The notes under the pieces: model-generated
The model's database searches: none
The model's input: only the letters and a program-made list of their open reading frames with translations
Told to the model about the DNA's origin: nothing
Position numbers and translations under genes: made by a program
In this document: positions 52,953 to 60,250 of the stretch, one piece after another
How positions within the stretch are numbered: position 1 is the first letter of the stretch
Layout of the letters: the number at the start of each line of letters is the position of its first letter
Source of the DNA: Deltaproteobacteria bacterium
Lineage (GTDB): Bacteria; Desulfobacterota; Desulfobacteria; Desulfobacterales; ETH-SRB1
Assembly (NCBI GenBank): GCA_030606805.1
Contig: JAUWFS010000001.1
Location: forward strand, 1 to 61,816
Length of the DNA: 61,816 nt
Direction: 5' to 3'

Positions 52953-53801
52953 ATGACTTCTGAATGTATAGATTATTCTCGCCGGCCAGATGGAACCTGG
53001 ACCTTTAAAGGAAAGGATGTTTCACCAGATATTCGCAAAAGGCTGGATGCGATGCATATTCCACCCGCGTGGCGAAATGTAGTTATTTCTGCTGATTCGT
53101 CGGCGAAAGTTCAGGCTATTGGATTGGATGCTGCGGGTCGCTGGCAATACCGATATTCTGCTGGGCATGTGGAAGAAGCAACTCGCCGAAAGTTTGATCG
53201 TGTAAAGTTATTTAGTCAAGATTTAGCAATGATCCGGAAAAATGTACTCAATGGGATAAGAACCAATGACACAAAAGCTATGTTATTGCGGATGGAAGAA
53301 AAAACTGCAATAAGAATGGGCTCACTGGCTGATGTTAAAGCAAAAGAGAAGGCGTATGGATTAACGACTTTGCAAGGTAAGCATGTACGAATCGAAGGAA
53401 ACAAAATTAAATTAGATTTTATTGCTAAAAAAGGAATTCCGGTACACTACGAGTTTACGGATGACACACTGAGTGCCTGGCTGAAAGAAAGAAAAAGTAA
53501 ATTGTCTTCTATAAAAGACAGAATGTTTCCGGATGTGTCTCCTAAGAAGCTGAATGGCTATCTAAAAGAAACTGCTGGAGGCAAGTCTTACACAATTAAA
53601 GATTTTCGGACTTATCACGGTACAAGGATTGCTTTTGAAGAATTGATGCGGTATGCAGGGAAGGTGTTATCTATAAAGGAAAAGAAAAAAATAATCAAAG
53701 AAGTTTGCGAGAAGGTTAGCCGGTTTCTTCACAATACACCGGCAACGGCCAAAAGTGCATATATTGATCCAATGGTTTGGGAAATTATAGGTGGAATATG
53801 A
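52953..53801 (+). CDS. type IB DNA topoisomerase
   Basis: IPPAWRNV, AAGRWQYRY, YGLTTL, KDFRTYHGT, and HNTPATAKSAYIDP (active-site Tyr context). Start is ATG 52953, or TTG 52944. Confidence 0.85.
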   Translation: MTSECIDYSRRPDGTWTFKGKDVSPDIRKRLDAMHIPPAWRNVVISADSSAKVQAIGLDAAGRWQYRYSAGHVEEATRRKFDRVKLFSQDLAMIRKNVLNGIRTNDTKAMLLRMEEKTAIRMGSLADVKAKEKAYGLTTLQGKHVRIEGNKIKLDFIAKKGIPVHYEFTDDTLSAWLKERKSKLSSIKDRMFPDVSPKKLNGYLKETAGGKSYTIKDFRTYHGTRIAFEELMRYAGKVLSIKEKKKIIKEVCEKVSRFLHNTPATAKSAYIDPMVWEIIGGI

Positions 53802-53938
53802 TGACAGAAAGAGAAAAAGAACAGGAATTTAATGGATGGTTAGAATCTATTGAGTTTGTGGATAGAAGCAATATTCCATTGCCTACTGTTTTGACTGAAG
53901 ATACTTCAGATGATCCGGAAGGTGATAGGGGAGAGTGA
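53801..53938 (+). CDS. acidic peptide (45 aa)
   Basis: The ATG overlaps the topoisomerase stop. Below the track cutoff. Confidence 0.4.
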   Translation: MTEREKEQEFNGWLESIEFVDRSNIPLPTVLTEDTSDDPEGDRGE

Positions 53939-53944
53939 ATTGAC

Positions 53945-54154
53945 ATGGATTTTGATACAAGAAAATTTATGACAAATAGGACTGATTTTTCTCAATGGCT
54001 GATTGATTTTGCTGAAGACAGAATGGTGGCATGTCAAAAAATTGGTGAGAAACGAGCTTCAAGACATGGTGATAAATCATGGCAATGGAGGATGACTATC
54101 GTGCAAGAAATTTTTTGGAGCAAAGTTGGCTATTTTTCTTTGGTAAAACTGTAG
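53945..54154 (+). CDS. hypothetical protein
   Basis: 69 aa ORF. Confidence 0.5.
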   Translation: MDFDTRKFMTNRTDFSQWLIDFAEDRMVACQKIGEKRASRHGDKSWQWRMTIVQEIFWSKVGYFSLVKL

Positions 54155-54176
54155 ATAAAACTGAAAAATTATTATA

Positions 54177-54545
54177 ATGATCACTGACGAAAATAATATC
54201 CCATTGCCTTTCGAATGTACTCAAGATATGAAAGATTACCTTGATTTAATTGATGAGCAATATCTGCGATGTAAACAAGCAAGAATATCCAGACTTAGTG
54301 TTGAATGGGGAATTTGGTCACGTAAAATGAATCTTGAGCTAAGATTCAAAATTAAGGCAGATAATGATCGAAGTGTCGGTTATCGTTATATTTTTAAGTA
54401 CTGGACTATCAAATCTCAATTATTGGAACTTTATTACAGGTCCAAAATTTTAGATTTGGGTAAAAAGAAAAAACTTGCTAAAATGGCAAAAATGTTGAAA
54501 GAAACAATTTTATCTGGTGAAGATGAATTAAGAGATGAAAAATAA
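54177..54545 (+). CDS. hypothetical protein
   Basis: 122 aa ORF. Confidence 0.55.
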   Translation: MITDENNIPLPFECTQDMKDYLDLIDEQYLRCKQARISRLSVEWGIWSRKMNLELRFKIKADNDRSVGYRYIFKYWTIKSQLLELYYRSKILDLGKKKKLAKMAKMLKETILSGEDELRDEK

Positions 54546-54577
54546 TAAAACCGGAAGGTTTCTACATTTGGATAAAA

Positions 54578-54633
54578 CCGTAAGCCAGAAAGCTGAATTA
54601 TAAATTAATTAAACCGCGGTTGGAAGACCGTGA
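54578..54633 (+). promoter_or_regulatory. conserved leader element copy A (upstream of scaffold gene)
   Basis: CCGTAAGCCAGAAAGCTGA...CGCGGT-TGGAAG-ACCGTG hairpin. Matches copy B. Confidence 0.5.
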
Positions 54634-54644
54634 AGGAGGAAATC

Positions 54645-55463
54645 ATGGCGTGGAAAGTTATAGAAGGAAAAGAGGGACAGGCAAAAGCAACAGAAGTAGG
54701 AGAAAACGGACATCCCTTGTGGATACCGGAGGAAGAGGGTGCTGATACGACACCTGTTGAGGTGGATTGGGCGTCAGCTTTGCTGACGATTTCTCGGTTG
54801 AATGGTGAAAACAAAGAGCGAAGGGAAAAGGGGGAATTACTTACCACTCAGCTTACGGAAGCAACTGATAAGCTCAAAGGATTTGGAGAACTTGATCCCA
54901 AGGCTGCGCAGGAAGCTATTACAAAGCTGGCGAGCATAGATCAAGGCGACCTATTGACTGCTGATAAAGTGGAATCTTTTAAGGCATCAATTCTACAAGC
55001 AGCACAGGCCGAAAGTGCTAATCTTGTTAAAGGTTATGACGAGAAAATTGGAGGTCTTGAAAACACTGTTGTGGAAAAAGATAACCAAATCTATAAATTG
55101 GTCGTGTCCAATGCATTTGCCAATTCACCGTATGTTAAAAAGCTGCAGGTTCCTGTGGACATGGTTGAATCCTTTTTTGCGCATTATTTTAAGGTTGAAG
55201 AAGGTCTGCCTGTTGGTCATATGAATGGCAATAAGATCAATTCGCGAAAGAATCCAGGCAATACTGCTATTTTCGATGAGGCGATTGAAATTATTGTTGA
55301 ACAGTATCCGGATAAAGATCGATTGTTTCCCGGTGCTGGTGGTGGTTCAGGTGGCCAAGGTGGTTCAGGTCAAGGCATGTTGGGAGCGGACCAAATTAAA
55401 GGTATGTCTTTGGCTGAATATGAAAAGGCTAAAGGTGAAGGCCGCATTCCCAGCGTGAAGTGA
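54645..55463 (+). CDS. scaffolding protein (positional/compositional)
   Basis: ATG 54645 follows GAAGGAGGA. Helical and acidic, with a Gly-rich tail GAGGGSGGQGGSGQG. Directly upstream of the MCP gene. Confidence 0.6.
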   Translation: MAWKVIEGKEGQAKATEVGENGHPLWIPEEEGADTTPVEVDWASALLTISRLNGENKERREKGELLTTQLTEATDKLKGFGELDPKAAQEAITKLASIDQGDLLTADKVESFKASILQAAQAESANLVKGYDEKIGGLENTVVEKDNQIYKLVVSNAFANSPYVKKLQVPVDMVESFFAHYFKVEEGLPVGHMNGNKINSRKNPGNTAIFDEAIEIIVEQYPDKDRLFPGAGGGSGGQGGSGQGMLGADQIKGMSLAEYEKAKGEGRIPSVK

Positions 55464-55496
55464 GAGAATAAAGACTGGAAAGTCTATTGATAAGAG

Positions 55497-55550
55497 CCGT
55501 AAGCCAGAAGGCTGAGTTTAATAAATTTAACCATGATTGGAAGATCATGA
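55497..55550 (+). promoter_or_regulatory. conserved leader element copy B (upstream of major capsid gene)
   Basis: CCGTAAGCCAGAAGGCTGA...CATGAT-TGGAAG-ATCATG hairpin. Confidence 0.5.
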
Positions 55551-55603
55551 GAGTATTGGAATGATTTTATTAATATGATTTTCTATGAAAGGAGAAATTT
55601 ATT

Positions 55604-56752
55604 ATGGCTTATACAATTAATGATTTAGCCGCAGTAGCGCCTATATTACTGCGGGAAGGGATAGTGGCATTAAGAGAAAATGCGATTATGATTAGGCAGT
55701 GTCAGTTTGATGTCTCTGAGGAAGCTTCCAAAAAAGGAGCAACCATCGATGTAGAACTTCCTAATACAATTCCGGCACAGGAGGTGAATGTTGCCTCAGC
55801 AAATCCTGCTACTCCTCTTGCTCCAACGGTTGTTTCTATCAAGTTGGATCACTGGTGGGAAGCTAAGTTCTCTATGAGTGATAAGGATTTGACTGAGGTG
55901 GAAAGTGGAATTCTACCGATGTCTGCTTCAGAGGCTATCAAATCCCTGGCAAACAAAGTCGATATTTCTGCACTTGGTTTGCATGTAGATATCTACGGAC
56001 AACACGGTGTTGCCGGTACCACTCCGGATGCAGTGGCCGATATTACAGGCAGTCGAAAAGTATTGAATGCGCAGTTGGCTTCGTTAGGTGATCGAACCCT
56101 GTTACTTGACGTAGAAGCAGAAGCCAAATTCCTTGGTTTAAGTGCCTTCCATAATTTTGACAAGGTCGGAGACACGAAAGCTCTGGAAGATGGTTCCCTG
56201 GGTCGCAAGTTTGGGTTTGATATCCATATGGATCAGAATATGTTGGTTCATACCAAAGGGACGTTGGCTGTAAGCCAGGATGATATTGCCGCTAAGGCGA
56301 TCTATGCTATCGGTATCAAAGAAGTGGTATTGGATCGTTCTGCAGATGCGGGAACTTTGACCGGCACTCTGGTAAAAGGGGATCTGATCAAGTTTGCCGG
56401 AAGCGCTGCGTCCCATGTTATTACTGAATTGGCTACTGCCGCAGCAAATGAAATTACGGCCAAGTTTGAGCCGGGCCTGAAAGTGGCTACGGAAGATGGA
56501 ACTGTTGTAACGCTTACGGACACCCATACTGTCAATTTGGGATTCCAACGCCAGGCATTTTGCTTTGTGTCTCGGCCTTTGGTAGTGGCGGATGGGTTAG
56601 GCTCAATTATTGAGGCTATTGTTGATCCGATTTCCGGGCTGACTTTACGGATAGAAATCAGCCGTAATAACAAGCAAATTGAATGGGCATATGATATCCT
56701 GTGGGGTGTTAAGACCATCCGTCGTGAATTGGCCATGCGGCTTTTAGGATAA
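55604..56752 (+). CDS. major capsid protein
   Basis: 382 aa with an AAAGGAGAA SD. It follows the scaffold gene and is followed by a strong hairpin. Confidence 0.75.
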   Translation: MAYTINDLAAVAPILLREGIVALRENAIMIRQCQFDVSEEASKKGATIDVELPNTIPAQEVNVASANPATPLAPTVVSIKLDHWWEAKFSMSDKDLTEVESGILPMSASEAIKSLANKVDISALGLHVDIYGQHGVAGTTPDAVADITGSRKVLNAQLASLGDRTLLLDVEAEAKFLGLSAFHNFDKVGDTKALEDGSLGRKFGFDIHMDQNMLVHTKGTLAVSQDDIAAKAIYAIGIKEVVLDRSADAGTLTGTLVKGDLIKFAGSAASHVITELATAAANEITAKFEPGLKVATEDGTVVTLTDTHTVNLGFQRQAFCFVSRPLVVADGLGSIIEAIVDPISGLTLRIEISRNNKQIEWAYDILWGVKTIRRELAMRLLG

Positions 56753-56776
56753 TGCGGTCAGGCATGCAAAAGCGGA

Positions 56777-56815
56777 TTTTAACGCAGTGGAGCAATCAAA
56801 TCCACTGCGTTAAAA
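56777..56815 (+). terminator. 15-bp perfect hairpin after the capsid gene (terminator/attenuator)
   Basis: TTTTAACGCAGTGGA-N9-TCCACTGCGTTAAAA with no clear U-tract. Confidence 0.55.
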
Positions 56816-56833
56816 CCGAAAGGAGATTTTATC

Positions 56834-57235
56834 ATGACTGAGGAAGTTGTGAAGTTAATTAAGGGAGATACACCTGTTACCTGTGATCCTGAGAGAGCAC
56901 AATATTATATTGATAAAGGATTCCGGATTGTTGGAGAGGAACTCCCGGTAGAGGAAGAACTTCCGGTAGAGGAACTTCCGGTACAGGGGCCAAGACAGGA
57001 TGGTGAGGAGGCAGAGCCGTTGCATGAGACTTTAGCAAAAGCGGAACTACCGGGAACCATAGATAGACAAGAGTGTATTACAATAGCTGTTCAGCGTATC
57101 CTTGACCGTAATAATCCTGATGAACTTACCGGTGGCGGATTGCCCCGAATTGAAATAATTGCAGAAGAAGCCGGTGTTGTCGCTGTTACGGCCCCAGAAA
57201 GAGCAGCCGCTATGGAATCTATAACGAACGGGTAG
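56834..57235 (+). CDS. hypothetical head-associated protein with (EELPV) repeats
   Basis: Tandem coding repeat at 56936..56983. Confidence 0.55.
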   Translation: MTEEVVKLIKGDTPVTCDPERAQYYIDKGFRIVGEELPVEEELPVEELPVQGPRQDGEEAEPLHETLAKAELPGTIDRQECITIAVQRILDRNNPDELTGGGLPRIEIIAEEAGVVAVTAPERAAAMESITNG

Positions 57236-57246
57236 AGGATAAAAAA

Positions 57247-57690
57247 ATGGCCTATACATCGGATGTTGATTTAGTCAAAAAGAGGGCTAATATACTTGAT
57301 CTTGGTATCAGTTCGTTTGACGATCAACATGAAGAAGCAGGGCGGATCATTGATCGAGATTTGGTAATTTGGTATGATGCTGAAGCACGGCTACGTGGCC
57401 GTGATCCACAGGCTATTCCTTTTGAACAAAAAGATCTTTTAGAACAGAACAAAGAGGTAGAGCCTGCAGCGCTATTTCTGGCCCTATCCTTCGCCTATGA
57501 CAAATTGGCTAAAGATTTACCTGCTAAAACGGACGGTATGGCGGCGCAGAGAGAACATTATAGAAAAGAATTTGAACGTGAATGGAATGCTGCCAAACTT
57601 ATTGGATTCACTTATGATTGGGATAAATCCGGCGAGGTAGATGTTGATGAGCAGCCACAAGTTGCTTACCGGACTTTGATGCGAGAATGA
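57247..57690 (+). CDS. putative head-tail connector protein
   Basis: Positional call. 147 aa. Confidence 0.45.
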   Translation: MAYTSDVDLVKKRANILDLGISSFDDQHEEAGRIIDRDLVIWYDAEARLRGRDPQAIPFEQKDLLEQNKEVEPAALFLALSFAYDKLAKDLPAKTDGMAAQREHYRKEFEREWNAAKLIGFTYDWDKSGEVDVDEQPQVAYRTLMRE

Positions 57691-58160
57691 TTGATTTAAA
57701 CATTGATAGTAAAATTATTGATAAGTTAGAAAAGGATATCGTTGCTTTTGGTCAAGAGTTGGATCTGAGCAAGATGATGGGAGAGGTAGCGGTTGATCAA
57801 TTAGCTCGTATAAAAACCAGAACGCTTAAAGGCGTTGATTTTGAAGAAGTTCCATTTGAAGCGTACAGTAAATCTTATGCTGCTTTTAGAGCAAAGAAAG
57901 GGCGACCGATAGATAAGGTAGATCTGTTCTTTAGAGGGCATATGTTAGGAGCTATGGATTGGGAGACAATAGACGATGGTGTTAGATTGTTTTTCAATGA
58001 TGCTCAACAGGCTGCTAAAGCCCATGGTCATCATCATGGTTATAAACCCCGTAATTTGCCTGCCAGACCATTCTTTGAAGTTTCAGATCAAGATGCTATA
58101 GAAATTAGAGAACAACTGGCAGATGCAGTGGAAGAAATACGTAATACGTTTTTTCGGTAA
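57687..58160 (+). CDS. putative virion morphogenesis / head-tail joining protein
   Basis: ATGA overlap with the upstream gene. The FEAYSKSYAAFRAKKGRP..VDLFFRGHML pattern resembles the tail-completion family. Confidence 0.45.
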   Translation: MIDLNIDSKIIDKLEKDIVAFGQELDLSKMMGEVAVDQLARIKTRTLKGVDFEEVPFEAYSKSYAAFRAKKGRPIDKVDLFFRGHMLGAMDWETIDDGVRLFFNDAQQAAKAHGHHHGYKPRNLPARPFFEVSDQDAIEIREQLADAVEEIRNTFFR

Positions 58161-58166
58161 TAAAAA

Positions 58167-58622
58167 ATGATTGATAATAACAGAGAACATATTTTACTTA
58201 GATTGATTGAACGGATTTCGTCGATGTCGGTTATTGCAAAGGTTCAAAGGCGCCGGCCCTCTTCCGAAGAATTCGAACAATTATCTGATCATCAGTTTCC
58301 GTTTGTTGCAATAGAGGCTATGGGGCCTCAGCCTACAGGATTAAAACAAGAGGCTCGGAAAGGATTTAGTAAAGTAATTGTGCATCATTTTTCGATGACG
58401 GTAGATTTTTACGTTTATGCTAAATGGGTTGAAAATCAAGACAGTGAATTTGGCAATTTGTATGATGATATTTATCGAGCGATTTATACTGAATTTTTGT
58501 TAATGAATTTGGCAGACGGAATAACTACTGAACCAGTACCAGTTCCTTCAATTGTTATGGAGCCTTATTATTTATTTAGAATACGCAGCAAAATTGCATA
58601 TCGCACGCAAGGCGGAATTTAA
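58167..58622 (+). CDS. putative tail completion/neck protein
   Basis: Positional call. 151 aa. Confidence 0.4.
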   Translation: MIDNNREHILLRLIERISSMSVIAKVQRRRPSSEEFEQLSDHQFPFVAIEAMGPQPTGLKQEARKGFSKVIVHHFSMTVDFYVYAKWVENQDSEFGNLYDDIYRAIYTEFLLMNLADGITTEPVPVPSIVMEPYYLFRIRSKIAYRTQGGI

Positions 58623-58640
58623 AATTAAAGGAGGTTTGTT

Positions 58641-59669
58641 ATGTCACTAAAAGGCACAGCACAGGGGAAAGATATCATAATCCCAAAGGGAGTTGTAATT
58701 TGTTATCCAATAGCGAGTGGGGTTGTGGATGTGGATGGTGGTGTAGATCTCGGTTATTGCCAGGAAGCTGAACTGGGAATAACAGAAACTACTCGCCAGG
58801 TATATTCGGCAAGAGATGCTTCAATGGCAATGGCAGTGGATAAAGTGGTCAAAACTGAGTATTCGCTTCCGTTACAGCTTATGTCCATATCGCCTGATAA
58901 TCTGGCTTTGATCTTCCGCGGAGTAAAATCAACGCTGGTACAAATTGCGGGACATTATGACGATGCTGCTGCTCTTGCTGTGGCGGCCCCGGCAGCTTTG
59001 GATCGGGCACAAAAGCTGGGCAAGCGAGCAGTTACTGTAAAGGCTATTCCCTATGATGGTGGATCAGCAGCTTTTAATGTGGGAGCTCAATTATCAACCG
59101 GTGCTTCTACGGCAGAAATTGTTTGGGTCGAAGGGACAGTTGCGGCAGGAATGATATATGTCGTTGATCTTTCGGGAAATGATTTTGTTGATGATGCTGT
59201 TTTGATAGACGATGACGGAGTCGCTCCCGGAGCGGCGGTGCAAAATGGAGCAGTTGTTGTCAAGAAGGACATTGTGTTGACAGACACCGGCGCCGCAAAA
59301 CGATATGTCCTGGATACTGACTATGGCTTGGATGAAAAATCCGGGACTGTATTTTACCTTGACAGTGGTGATATTGTTGCCGACGAAGTTTTGGAAGCAT
59401 ATTTCGATTATGCTTCTCTAACTGAAATTGTCATCTTATCGGGTGCGACTGGGATAGAGGAATATCAAGTGGAAGTCCTACCGTTTGCCGAAGAGACCGA
59501 AAATCGGTATGAGTATACTTTCTGGCGATGCTCAATCAAACTGGATACAACCATTAAATTAATCACGGTGGCTGAAGAGGAAACAATCATCAATGTAACA
59601 TTGACACCGTTGACAGATGGACCTGGTGCTTCGTCTGATTATCCGGTGTTCCGCCAGATTCTTGTGTAA
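58641..59669 (+). CDS. putative major tail (tube) protein
   Basis: 342 aa with an AAAGGAGG SD. Immediately upstream of the chaperone pair and the tape measure gene. Confidence 0.5.
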   Translation: MSLKGTAQGKDIIIPKGVVICYPIASGVVDVDGGVDLGYCQEAELGITETTRQVYSARDASMAMAVDKVVKTEYSLPLQLMSISPDNLALIFRGVKSTLVQIAGHYDDAAALAVAAPAALDRAQKLGKRAVTVKAIPYDGGSAAFNVGAQLSTGASTAEIVWVEGTVAAGMIYVVDLSGNDFVDDAVLIDDDGVAPGAAVQNGAVVVKKDIVLTDTGAAKRYVLDTDYGLDEKSGTVFYLDSGDIVADEVLEAYFDYASLTEIVILSGATGIEEYQVEVLPFAEETENRYEYTFWRCSIKLDTTIKLITVAEEETIINVTLTPLTDGPGASSDYPVFRQILV

Positions 59670-59681
59670 AGGAGGAAGGCG

Positions 59682-60092
59682 ATGTCACGTCGAGTCAATG
59701 AATTTACGATTGAGACAGATGATGGTGATCTGGCTGTAATAGTGTATGAAGTCCGGCCCCGAGATTTGTATACAAAGTTACAACAATGTGTACATAAAGA
59801 GTTGTCCTCAACAGAATATCAAGAGTTACTTAATATCTGTTGCAATCTTACAACTGGACAGTTGGCCGGACTTTATCCTTCAGAAATGGAAGTTGTTATT
59901 CAGCATTTCAAAGAGGTCAACGCCTCTTTTTTAGCACCATGGCCGACCCTAAAGGCTTTGATCGAAAAAGTCGGTTTGACAGAATGGGTGGTAAAGGTGA
60001 TAGAACAATCAGGCGTAAAGGAAGTTTTGGCGATAGCGCTGGTGAAAGATTGGAAAAAGCTTGCGAAAAGCTCATTAGAAAAGGACACTTAA
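59682..60092 (+). CDS. tail assembly chaperone (G-like)
   Basis: Position matches, and an overlapping -1 frame ORF extends past its stop. Confidence 0.6.
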   Translation: MSRRVNEFTIETDDGDLAVIVYEVRPRDLYTKLQQCVHKELSSTEYQELLNICCNLTTGQLAGLYPSEMEVVIQHFKEVNASFLAPWPTLKALIEKVGLTEWVVKVIEQSGVKEVLAIALVKDWKKLAKSSLEKDT

Positions 60093-60211
60093 ATGTTTGG
60101 GATTATGGTTGGTCCTTTTTTGAAGCTGCCTTAAAATATACAAAAGAAGCCGAAAAAAAAGAGCATGAATTAAGAGTAAAACTTCACGGTTACAAACTTA
60201 AAGGCGGCTGA
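59682..60211 (+). CDS. tail assembly chaperone -1 frameshift product (GT-like)
   Basis: The -1 frame is open from 59840 to 60211. Candidate slip sites are G_AAA_AAG (60053..60059) and T_TTT_TTA (59927..59933). Confidence 0.4.
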
Positions 60212-60250
60212 AGATCTTTGTAGTTGATATAGTAGTAGAGGTCCTTGGAT

